Below, piece by piece: positions 1-8,445 of a stretch of DNA of 33,606 nucleotides; positions within the stretch are counted from its first letter, which is position 1; the number at the start of each line of letters is the position of its first letter. The position numbers and the translations under genes are program-made. Origin of the DNA: an uncultured Acetatifactor sp. (GTDB lineage: Bacteria > Bacillota > Clostridia > Lachnospirales > Lachnospiraceae); assembly GCA_964582515.1 (NCBI GenBank), contig CAZOSU010000001.1:1-33606 (forward strand), given 5' to 3'. Under the pieces are notes generated by a model. The model made no database searches. It was given only the letters and a program-made list of their open reading frames with translations, and had not been told where the DNA came from.

Positions 1-687
1 GAAGGCAAAGATCCCATCCCTGTTCCTTATGTTGCCGGAACTGCCGGCCATGACTACAAGGATGACGATGGCAATGCTGTGACTCTGGTTGGCTGCGAAG
101 TGGTTCCCGTTGAGGGCGAGACTGCTACCTACATCAAGGCTCCTCTGAAGCTGTATGGCTACTCTGTCGATGACACGGGCATTCTGACTCTGGGCGGCGA
201 GCTGGCTTCCAGCTCTCTGACCGCTCTGCAGCAGAATGTTGCCACCGCTGTTACCTCTCTGGTCTATCTGGACGGCGACACCGTGGAGAACTCTGACGTT
301 GCCATTTCCGGCAACTCCATGACCGGTACCATGAACCTGCAGTTTGCTTCCGACGCAACTCTGGATCCCATGGACTACACCTTCACCGCTGAGCAGCTGA
401 AGGCTCCCGAGTCCGTGAATCTGGATTCTGCTACCAAGCAGCTGACCATCAAGAATGTCGAGAAGGCCACCAATTACGTTATCTACTACAACGATGGCAC
501 CACCGATATTAAGCTTCCAATCGATATCGAGGCTCAGACTGGTGAGAATACTGTGGTTGATCTGACTGCTGCTCTGGCTCAGTACAGCGTTGCTGGTACC
601 ACCTACAACTTCAAGGTGGCCGCAACCGCCAATGGCTACACTGAATCCACTGCTACCGCTTTTACGTACACAGTGCCTACTACCTAA
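1..687 (+). CDS. C-terminal part of a large secreted protein, paralog of the SipW-class signal peptide family in this operon (5' truncated by window edge)
   Basis: Frame 1 is open from base 1 to TAA 685-687. SLVYLDGDTVENSDVAISGNSMTGTMNLQFAS aligns with VVLYLEGEGLENSMAFSDGLITGSLNFQFST of the 1568-aa protein. It ends in an Fn3/Ig-like beta-rich module (TTYNFKVAATANGYTES). Confidence 0.75.
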   Translation, partial: EGKDPIPVPYVAGTAGHDYKDDDGNAVTLVGCEVVPVEGETATYIKAPLKLYGYSVDDTGILTLGGELASSSLTALQQNVATAVTSLVYLDGDTVENSDVAISGNSMTGTMNLQFASDATLDPMDYTFTAEQLKAPESVNLDSATKQLTIKNVEKATNYVIYYNDGTTDIKLPIDIEAQTGENTVVDLTAALAQYSVAGTTYNFKVAATANGYTESTATAFTYTVPTT

Positions 688-740
688 CCCTTAGCAGAAA
701 GTAAGAAGTTCATTCACTAACTGACGAAAGCGATCCGCCA

Positions 741-774
741 ATTCCCCCCACCTTACGCGTGGGGTGGGGGGAAT
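741..774 (+). promoter_or_regulatory. Intergenic GC-rich stem-loop without U-tract (possible mRNA stabilising/processing element or weak terminator)
   Basis: attccccccacc (741-752) pairs perfectly with ggtggggggaat (763-774). No poly-T follows. Confidence 0.5.
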
Positions 775-930
775 GAGGAGACCTTGGCATGAATGCGCGA
801 GGAGTGCGCGCGTTGTGCCGGGGGATTTCCGGCGGTCCGCTTTTCCGGGGGCCCGGATCCCAGACCTCAGGAAAAGCGGATCACCTCCGCTGTGACAGCA
901 TCCACCCCGCGACTAATAAGGAGACCCCAA

Positions 931-1929
931 GTGAAACAACGCAATACTTCCGCGAAAGGCAGTATGGTCTTTGTCTACTACATCATGATCATGATCCTGC
1001 TGAGCCTTCTGGTAACGGCCACCTATACCTGGTTTTCCATCAGCCGAACACCGCGAGTCAGCAATATCGGCCTATACGTCAACGCACCCACAGGTCTGGT
1101 GCTTGCAACAACGCCGGACACCGACGAATGGCTCCACCGGCTGGATTATGCCGAACTGGTTTCGGAAACCGCGCCCCTGCGGCCGGTGACCTGGTCCGAG
1201 CAACAGCAGCGCTTCTTCGCCGCTCAGTATGGCGCCGACGGCCGCAGGACCGATAACTGGCACCCACTGTCAGACGAAAACAATGCCAACCGGGATGACG
1301 TCTACGGCTACTACATAAAGGCCAGCTTCTACGCCACCACAGACACCAATATCAAGATCAGCCTGACCCACGCGGTCGAGGTGGAGGAGGGAACCAGCGG
1401 TTCCGGAACCTTCCTAATCGGCACCCCTGTTTGGGACGCGGACAACATCCTCCACAGCGACGGCGGCCACGGCGCCCAGAACGCGGTCCGCATCGGCCTG
1501 AAGTTCACGCCGGTGGACAACACGGGCGCGGTCACCGGCGATTCGGTCTTCTACATCTATGAGCCCAACAGCGATACCCACGTAGACGGCTCCACCGGGT
1601 ATCAGGCAACGCCCAGCCTTGACGGCGGTGACAGCCTTGTGCCTTCTGACCGGCTGATCCGACAGACCACCACCACATGGACGGAGGCAGACCCGGTCCA
1701 GCGTAATGTTGTGATCCACGATATGGGCGAATTTGAAGACGAGCCGTACCTGTACACCCTGAACGCTGCTGAGATCGTACGTGTCGATATGTATGTCTGG
1801 CTGGAAGGACAGGATGTGGACTGCGATAACCGGATCGGACGGGAAGCCCAGATCATGGCCAACGTTCAGTTCTACGCAGATCCCGGCGGACAATCCGGCC
1901 TCCATCCCATTCCGGATGAAGAATCGTAA
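931..1929 (+). CDS. SipW-class signal peptide protein, putative TasA/CalY-like fibre subunit (~332 aa)
   Basis: AAGGAG (918-923) precedes an in-frame GTG at 931, preferred over the ORF-track start at 793. Hydrophobic stretch ends LLVTATYTWFS. Motifs LRPVT, AVRIG, IYEPN and WLEGQDVDC are shared with 6322..7683. Confidence 0.75.
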   Translation: MKQRNTSAKGSMVFVYYIMIMILLSLLVTATYTWFSISRTPRVSNIGLYVNAPTGLVLATTPDTDEWLHRLDYAELVSETAPLRPVTWSEQQQRFFAAQYGADGRRTDNWHPLSDENNANRDDVYGYYIKASFYATTDTNIKISLTHAVEVEEGTSGSGTFLIGTPVWDADNILHSDGGHGAQNAVRIGLKFTPVDNTGAVTGDSVFYIYEPNSDTHVDGSTGYQATPSLDGGDSLVPSDRLIRQTTTTWTEADPVQRNVVIHDMGEFEDEPYLYTLNAAEIVRVDMYVWLEGQDVDCDNRIGREAQIMANVQFYADPGGQSGLHPIPDEES

Positions 1930-2009
1930 TTAACAGCAATTTATTTGTTGTGAATTTATTTCCCGATCCCCCAATTATCACATAAGAAACAAGAAAGGGA
2001 GACCCCAGT

Positions 2010-2810
2010 ATGAAAAAGAAGAAGAATGAAACCCCCGTCAATCCCAATGAGGAGAACGAAACACAGGAAGTGCAGGTCAGCAAGGGCCGCAAGATCCTGA
2101 ATACTGTGGTGAATGTGGTCTTGGTTATCGCCTTGATCGTTGCCGCGGTGTGTACTTATATTTCCTTCGTCTCTGCCTCCGGTAATGGTGTTCCCAGCAT
2201 TTTCGGCCTGGAATTCTTCTCCATCCAGACCGACTCCATGGCTGACACCCTGATGCCCGGCGACCTCGCCATCGGCAAGGTCATTAAGGACAAGTCCGAG
2301 CTGCGCCCCAAGGACATCATTACTTACTGGACTGTTATCAATGGTGAGCGCGTGCTTAATACGCACCGCATTGTGCAGGTTTATGATGGCGGCGATTTCC
2401 TGTTTTTTGAGACCAGAGGTGACAACAATCCCACGGCTGACCCGCTGAACGTGCACGAGTCCGAGATCGTCGGTAAGTATATTGGCAAGATCTCTGGTAT
2501 CGGCAAGGTTCTGGATTATTTGCAGACTTCCACCGGATTCCTGGTTGTCATTGTCATTCCTGTGTTCCTGTTCTTCCTGTACCACCTGGTGCAGTTCTTC
2601 CGTGTGCTCTTTGAGTATCAGAATGTGAAGAACCGCCTGCGTTATGAAGAAGAGCGCGGCCGTACTGAGGACTTCCTGGAAGAGCGCCAGAAGGAGCAGG
2701 ACGATGCCAGAGCGAAAATGGAGGCTGAGATCCGAGCGCAGCTTCGTGCGGAGTTGTTGGCGGATATGCAGAAAAAGAATGCTAAGGATGGCGGCGACGC
2801 TTCCGAGTAA
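2010..2810 (+). CDS. sipW: Signal peptidase I, SipW/ER-type (S26B), with C-terminal coiled-coil tail
   Basis: N-terminal TM; SIQTDSM (catalytic Ser box), NTHRIV (His general base instead of Lys), TRGDNNPTADP (Asp box); second TM followed by a charged helical tail. Confidence 0.85.
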   Translation: MKKKKNETPVNPNEENETQEVQVSKGRKILNTVVNVVLVIALIVAAVCTYISFVSASGNGVPSIFGLEFFSIQTDSMADTLMPGDLAIGKVIKDKSELRPKDIITYWTVINGERVLNTHRIVQVYDGGDFLFFETRGDNNPTADPLNVHESEIVGKYIGKISGIGKVLDYLQTSTGFLVVIVIPVFLFFLYHLVQFFRVLFEYQNVKNRLRYEEERGRTEDFLEERQKEQDDARAKMEAEIRAQLRAELLADMQKKNAKDGGDASE

Positions 2811-2887
2811 GCGCTGCGTGCCGTGCATTCTGTGATTGATCGATTATTAGCCGGGCCTAGCTCCGGCAGAAAGGGGGGTACCTGAAC

Positions 2888-4498
2888 GTGGATAATTTTT
2901 TGAAGTATTTCTTCCAGGATTTTGGACGGGTTTTCCGGGCGTTTATCGAAATCTTCAGTGCTGTGTTCAATTTTTTGAATTACTTGCTGAATTTCCCAAT
3001 GCGCATGGAGATCATCAAATCATATGAGGACGAGTTTGGCACCACCGATTGGGTGCTCCTGTTGGTGGCAAATCTAGCTTTGATCGTGCTGCTTGTTGTT
3101 GTGTGTATCTTGCTGGCAAAGCTGATGCGCAGACTGCTTCGGTTCCGTGTTCCTGTTAAGGAATATGACAATATGGTCAAGCAGGTCAAACAGCTGCAGC
3201 GGGATCTGATTCGCGCCAATTATGAGAAGGATAAGCTGCTGAGCATGCGTGTTGCAGAGCTTGGTGGCGATCCTGCCCAGGCCTATAAGGAATTGATGGA
3301 TGGCATGGAACAGGATGCGGAGAATCCTGAGGATGAGACTGAAGAGGCTGCGGAAGAAACCAATAATAACACTGGAAGGCGGAATACCTTTGATTCTCCC
3401 TGTGTGGATCCGTCTGTCAGTCGTTTCTTCCGGCTTACTTCCGTTGATAATTTTTACAAGACCAGTTATGTTCCGCCGGTGTATGATGACAACATTACAC
3501 TGGAGAAATTCTGTGAGAATTTCCGCCTGTTTGCAGCAGGAAAGCTGAGACTTTACTACGAACTGGATATGATTCGCTACTTTGTGGCTGCCATGGGTAC
3601 GGCAAGAATTATTATTCTGCAGGGTATTTCCGGTACCGGTAAAACGAGTTTGCCCTACGCATTTGGTAAGTTCGTAAATAAGGACACTTCCGTGGTATCG
3701 GTGCAGCCGTCCTGGCGTGAGCGAACTGAGCTTTATGGCTACTACAACGACTTTACTAAAAAGTATGCGGAAACCGAATTTCTGAAGGCTATCTACGAGG
3801 CGAATTATTATCGGGATCCTCATATTCTGATCCTTGACGAGATGAACATCGCCCGTGTGGAGTACTACTTTGCTGAAATGCTGTCCATTCTGGAAATGCC
3901 CCGGGTGGAAGAGTGGAGAGTGGATATCGTCACTGCTACTTGGGATGATGATCCCTGCCTGATTCGGGATGGCATGATACAGATACCCAACAATGTTTGG
4001 TTCGTTGGTACCATCAATAACGACGACTCCACCTTTGCCGTTGCGGATAAAGTCTATGACCGAGCTATTCCCATTGACTTGGACAGCCGTGCAGAGGCCT
4101 TTGAATGTGAGGCGCCTCCTCCTGTTACCGTGTCTACAGACAAGCTGAACGAGTTGTTTGCGGAAGCTAAGCAGAAGTATCCCATGAGCCAGGAGATGGA
4201 AGAGAAACTGGAGGTTCTGAACCAGTACCTGATCAAAACCTTCCGTCTTGCTTTTGGTAACCGTATCATGAAACAGATCCGGGACTTCGTTCCCTGCTTT
4301 ATCGGCTGCGGTGGTACAGAAATTCAGGCCATCGATTTTATCGTGGCGAAGAAGGTCCTGCGGAAGTTTGAGTCTTTGAGCTTGGGCTTCATGAAGGATG
4401 ACCTTGCCAGATTCAACACATACCTTGACCGCCTATTCGGCAAGAACACCATGGTGATCTGCAAGGCTTATGTGGAACTACTAAGAAAGAATAACTAA
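2888..4498 (+). CDS. Membrane-anchored McrB-like AAA+ NTPase
   Basis: GTG start after AAGGGGG. N-terminal amphipathic/TM segments and coiled coil. Walker A GISGTGKT, VSVQPSW...LYGYYN, Walker B ILILDEMNIARVEYYFA, GTINNDD (McrB NxxD-like), DKVYDRA. Confidence 0.85.
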   Translation: MDNFLKYFFQDFGRVFRAFIEIFSAVFNFLNYLLNFPMRMEIIKSYEDEFGTTDWVLLLVANLALIVLLVVVCILLAKLMRRLLRFRVPVKEYDNMVKQVKQLQRDLIRANYEKDKLLSMRVAELGGDPAQAYKELMDGMEQDAENPEDETEEAAEETNNNTGRRNTFDSPCVDPSVSRFFRLTSVDNFYKTSYVPPVYDDNITLEKFCENFRLFAAGKLRLYYELDMIRYFVAAMGTARIIILQGISGTGKTSLPYAFGKFVNKDTSVVSVQPSWRERTELYGYYNDFTKKYAETEFLKAIYEANYYRDPHILILDEMNIARVEYYFAEMLSILEMPRVEEWRVDIVTATWDDDPCLIRDGMIQIPNNVWFVGTINNDDSTFAVADKVYDRAIPIDLDSRAEAFECEAPPPVTVSTDKLNELFAEAKQKYPMSQEMEEKLEVLNQYLIKTFRLAFGNRIMKQIRDFVPCFIGCGGTEIQAIDFIVAKKVLRKFESLSLGFMKDDLARFNTYLDRLFGKNTMVICKAYVELLRKNN

Positions 4499-4519
4499 TT
4501 TTGTGAAAGGAGGTTTACC

Positions 4520-6304
4520 ATGGCAGCGAAGAAAAAAGAGGAAGCCAGTGGAGAAGCCCATCTGTCATTGGTAGACCCCATTTATCAAAAATTTACAAAG
4601 AGCGTTGTACGTGCCCTTGGCAGTACAGAGTTTTATGCGTTCTTTATGGATGCTATCGCACATGCGGATAATCAGATCCAGTTCTCAAACCGGAAACTGG
4701 TGAAGACGGTTGACCTTACATGGGTGGATGCTATCGAGGAGTCCATGACCGGATTCCAGACGATATTAAGTAATCCCCGTAACGTCATCAAAGAAGAAGA
4801 CTTGGTAGTCAATGTTGCCAATGCAAAGCGTGTTGGCACAGAAGTTGTTCAGCATCTGGCGCAGCACTCCAACCTGGTGGAGAAATTTGACGAAGATAAC
4901 GGAGATGTTCAGCCTGCAAGGCTGATGCAGCGCTTCCGTGAGGACAGCACCAATCTGTACGAGAATCGTCTGGTGTTTACCACCATGGAAATGGCATATC
5001 ACTTTGTTAAGATCCGCCATGACGCTTTGTTTGAAGCGATGAGCGACGAATTTGGTGCGAAGCTGAAGCTTGAAAGCAATATGGACAGTATGACGGAGCA
5101 TGTTCATTTGGATATGTTTCTACATATCAAGCAGATCGAGAATTTCCTGGATATGGATAACCGTAACGCAGAAGTTTTCTCCAGAATCTCCAGGATGTTT
5201 CGTTTCTTCAGCGTGTACATGAATTCTGAGTTTGCTCAGAAAATGAGCAAGCTTTCCAGAGTTAAGGGCAGTATCACAAAGACAAATGTTCTAAAAAAGA
5301 ACCCTAACTACAAGAAAATCCTAAAATTGTGGGATTTCCTTCATGAGTATCACGATGTTGGCTACACCATCCGCGTGGTGGAGCAAAATCCTGTGGTCGA
5401 TGAGCGGCTACAGCGCGACATCTATCATAACATTCTGTTCAACTATCTTGTTTTGAAAGGTTACCTGCAGGATGAAGAGGATCGTCGCTTGTCTGAGAAG
5501 CTGAAAGAAAAGCGCAGAACACTAAAACCGAAGTTCATCAAGGAAATTATTGAGGAATTGACGGAAGATTATGATCTTCCTGATGTTGAAGTTCGTAAGG
5601 TCCTGATTGAAGAGCTTACTAAGAGTCAGCTGATGAAAGAAGAGTCTGCCGAGCGACACCGCCTTGTGGAGGAGCAGCGGCAGCGCAAAAAGGCGGAGGA
5701 AGAGCGGATCCGGCAGGAAAAGGCCGCAGAAAAAGAGCGCCTTCGCAAGGAGAAAGAGGCTGAAAAAGAGCGTCTTCGCCAGGAGAAAGAGAAGGAAGAG
5801 CAGCGCCTGTTTCAGGAGCGTATGGAGCGGGAAACGGAGATCCGGCGCAGAAGCAGCCTGATCAAAAAGGATCTTGCAAACTTCTCTCAGTACATGGAAG
5901 AAAGGCTCTTCAAGAGAAAGGAAGCTGCGGAGAACCAGGAACAGATCCTGGAGCGGGTGGATTTTTCCGATGCGGTCATCCTTCTGGAAGAAGAGGAGAC
6001 CCGCCGCCGGGAGGCCAATGCCAGACTGCGCAAGCAGCGCCAGCAGGAGCGGGAAATGCAGCGGATCCAGGAGGAACAGGAACGCATCCGCCGGGAAGCC
6101 GAGGAGGAGCGGATCCGCAAGGAGACCGAGGAAGCGGAGCGCAAGGCAATGGAGTTGCAGCGGCAGCATGACATGGAAGTCCTCAAGCCCCTTATTTGGG
6201 AGCTTGAGCGGTTCCAGGATAGTCGGGCAACGCAGGTGCGCCTGCGTTATATGCGCAAGGAACGTAAGCTGAAACCCATCAAGCAAGTGCTTGAAGATAT
6301 TTAA
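4520..6304 (+). CDS. DUF2357-like (McrC-related) protein with long E/R/K-rich coiled-coil C-terminus
   Basis: AAGGAGG RBS; lies directly after the McrB-like gene. NLYENRLV and KNPNYKKILKLW resemble DUF2357 motifs. The C-terminal ~200 aa is almost purely E/R/K/Q, with no PD-(D/E)xK nuclease domain visible. Confidence 0.7.
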   Translation: MAAKKKEEASGEAHLSLVDPIYQKFTKSVVRALGSTEFYAFFMDAIAHADNQIQFSNRKLVKTVDLTWVDAIEESMTGFQTILSNPRNVIKEEDLVVNVANAKRVGTEVVQHLAQHSNLVEKFDEDNGDVQPARLMQRFREDSTNLYENRLVFTTMEMAYHFVKIRHDALFEAMSDEFGAKLKLESNMDSMTEHVHLDMFLHIKQIENFLDMDNRNAEVFSRISRMFRFFSVYMNSEFAQKMSKLSRVKGSITKTNVLKKNPNYKKILKLWDFLHEYHDVGYTIRVVEQNPVVDERLQRDIYHNILFNYLVLKGYLQDEEDRRLSEKLKEKRRTLKPKFIKEIIEELTEDYDLPDVEVRKVLIEELTKSQLMKEESAERHRLVEEQRQRKKAEEERIRQEKAAEKERLRKEKEAEKERLRQEKEKEEQRLFQERMERETEIRRRSSLIKKDLANFSQYMEERLFKRKEAAENQEQILERVDFSDAVILLEEEETRRREANARLRKQRQQEREMQRIQEEQERIRREAEEERIRKETEEAERKAMELQRQHDMEVLKPLIWELERFQDSRATQVRLRYMRKERKLKPIKQVLEDI

Positions 6305-6321
6305 GACTTAAGGTACAGACT

Positions 6322-7683
6322 ATGAAGCAGCAAACCAAATTACTGGCGGCACTGCTGCTGCTACTGACAGCGGTGGTGATGGTGATCACGACCTCCTTCG
6401 CATGGATGACGATTTCCGAAAGTCCTGTGGCGCAGGGCATCCAGATCACCATCAGCGGTTCCCATACCGTTCTGGTTGCCCCGGATCTCACCGAGACCCG
6501 AGACGGTCAGGTGCTTCACTTTCCCGGTGAATTTTCTGACAGCCTGAATTTTTCGGAACTGTCCCAGTATGATTATCTGAAGAATTTGGGCGGTTTGCTG
6601 CCGGTTTCTACGGCGGACGGCGAAAATTGGTACATTCCTGCCTATTATCAGCAGGGAGATGCCTTGGTCAAGGCCGGAGAAGCCTATGCGGGCCAGCTTC
6701 GTCCTACCACGGAGTTTACGCTGGACAATATGCTCAGCTTCGCGAACCTGACGCCGGAGGCGCTGGAGGACACGCAGCAGGGCAGCTATGTTTACCTTGA
6801 TTTTTGGGTGGTCGCCCCTGTGGACGGCTACAAGCTTCGGGTATCCACCGGCGCGGAAGGCGCTGGATCCTTTGCCATTGACCTTCTGGAGCCGGAACTG
6901 GTCGAAGCAGACGGTGAAAGCCGTTACGAGCTGACAAAAGAAAATCCGCAGGCTTCGGCCTGTATGCGGGTGGGATTCCTGATCAATGAGGATACCATCA
7001 TGGATAACAGTATGCTGGCCTACAGCCAAAGCCCGGGCTTTAACAGCAGCTACAACCGGTTGCAGGGTGTTTACTTCGAGCCTGGCGTCAGTGCGCTGAT
7101 GAGCCAGCAGACCCGCTTTACCATCTACGAACCAAACGGCAATGTGCATCCGAATGCTGTTTGGGATCATAAAGGCAATCTTGTGGAGGACGGTCAGTAT
7201 GTGCTGACGGAGCCTCTGGCGCTGGGCGGTATTCCCACATCTGTCAGCGATCGTCTGACAGTGCAATTGGCCAACCGTTGGTTGGCGGCAGGGGAGGACA
7301 CCATGATCGGCCAGCTGTTCCGAACCTTCGCGGTTACGCAGGATGCGGAAAAAGAGACCTCTGTGTCTCTGCAAAACCGTTTTTACGCCGAATATATGCA
7401 GCACCAGATCTATCCCTATGTGACCAAGGGAAATTTCCTCAGCAATACTGCGGATCTTTACGCCGTTGCCCAAAGTGGTAACTTTGCGTCTTCTGATGAG
7501 CTGAGCAGTCTGGTGCAGGCCGGCGCCACGGATGATGTTTATATGACAGAATTAACGGGAGGCGTACCCCAGCGCATCCGCATGTTTATCTGGCTGGAAG
7601 GTCAGGATGTGGATTGCATCAATGACGCGGCCACCGGCAGTTTCGCTGTCAGCATTGAGCTGGCCGGCAGCAATGCGTCCTGA
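6322..7683 (+). CDS. SipW-class signal peptide protein, putative TasA/CalY-like fibre subunit
   Basis: Signal ends VITTSFAWMT; motifs LLPVS, YLDFWV, CMRVGF, IYEPN, FIWLEGQDVDC. Confidence 0.8.
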   Translation: MKQQTKLLAALLLLLTAVVMVITTSFAWMTISESPVAQGIQITISGSHTVLVAPDLTETRDGQVLHFPGEFSDSLNFSELSQYDYLKNLGGLLPVSTADGENWYIPAYYQQGDALVKAGEAYAGQLRPTTEFTLDNMLSFANLTPEALEDTQQGSYVYLDFWVVAPVDGYKLRVSTGAEGAGSFAIDLLEPELVEADGESRYELTKENPQASACMRVGFLINEDTIMDNSMLAYSQSPGFNSSYNRLQGVYFEPGVSALMSQQTRFTIYEPNGNVHPNAVWDHKGNLVEDGQYVLTEPLALGGIPTSVSDRLTVQLANRWLAAGEDTMIGQLFRTFAVTQDAEKETSVSLQNRFYAEYMQHQIYPYVTKGNFLSNTADLYAVAQSGNFASSDELSSLVQAGATDDVYMTELTGGVPQRIRMFIWLEGQDVDCINDAATGSFAVSIELAGSNAS

Positions 7684-7701
7684 TGATGTCGGGTTTCACA
7701 T

Positions 7702-8445
7702 ATGAAAGAGGAATCTCGGAACATATTTAAGAATTTGCACAAGAAGATCGGATCGGCTCTGTCCACGCTGGTGCTGGTGATCTCCATCATTCTCTGCCTG
7801 ACAGTTGTGACTCAAGTTTGCACGAACGGCTATGTACAGATCGGTGGATTCAGCCTGTTCCGGGTGGTTACCGGTAGTATGGAGCCGGCACTCCCTGTGG
7901 GAAGCTTGTTGCTGTGTCAGGAGACGGACATTCAGCAGATCCAAGAGGGCGATATTATCTGTTTTCGGTCCCGCAACCCCCAGATCATGGGTAAGATCAT
8001 TACCCACCGCGTTATTACAGTCACGTTAAGCGGGGAAGGGGAACCGCTGCTGGAAACCAAAGGCGATGCTAATCTATCTGCGGACAGCGAGTTCGTGACC
8101 CAGAAGAATCTGATTGGCAGAGTGAATCATTACGCAAAGGATGGCAATCTTATGGCATCGCTTGTAAACGTATTAACTGACAAGATCGGTTTCTTGATGC
8201 TGATCCTGTTTCCGACTCTGCTGATCGCCGGCTTCATCCTGCGCTCCTGTATGATGAATATGCGGAGGGATATTGAGCAGGCTCTGGAAGAGGAGAAGCG
8301 GCAGAAAGCCGAGGAAGATAAACTATACACAGAAGAAGAGTACGCGGCAATGTTGGAGCGCATCAAGGGTGAGCTTCTTGAGGAATTGACACAGGGTGCT
8401 GAGGAGAATGACGAAAAAACACCAAAAACCTCAAAAACAGAATAA
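7702..8445 (+). CDS. sipW: Second signal peptidase I, SipW/ER-type (S26B), with C-terminal coiled-coil tail
   Basis: VVTGSMEP (Ser), ITHRV (His), TKGDANLSAD (Asp box); two TMs and a charged helical tail. Confidence 0.88.
   Translation: MKEESRNIFKNLHKKIGSALSTLVLVISIILCLTVVTQVCTNGYVQIGGFSLFRVVTGSMEPALPVGSLLLCQETDIQQIQEGDIICFRSRNPQIMGKIITHRVITVTLSGEGEPLLETKGDANLSADSEFVTQKNLIGRVNHYAKDGNLMASLVNVLTDKIGFLMLILFPTLLIAGFILRSCMMNMRRDIEQALEEEKRQKAEEDKLYTEEEYAAMLERIKGELLEELTQGAEENDEKTPKTSKTE

Noticed and set aside
52..72. DYKDDDG resembles a FLAG tag
   Set aside because: Imperfect match (not DYKDDDDK) inside a natural acidic coding region, with no vector context; coincidence.
878..888. GGATCACCTCC, identical to the 16S rRNA 3' end
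   Set aside because: Only 11 nt with no flanking rRNA similarity; not an rRNA fragment.
688..930. Possible riboswitch or ncRNA in the long intergenic region
   Set aside because: Hairpins are present, but I cannot match any known riboswitch consensus by eye; an Rfam scan would be needed.
789..1256. 155-aa alternative-frame ORF, and the 793 start, after a GAGGAG
   Set aside because: Overlaps the motif-bearing gene in another frame with non-protein-like composition. GTG 931 has a good RBS and places the signal peptide at the N-terminus.
2888..6304. Canonical McrBC restriction system
   Set aside because: No DNA-recognition or nuclease domain is evident, and the NTPase has a membrane anchor.
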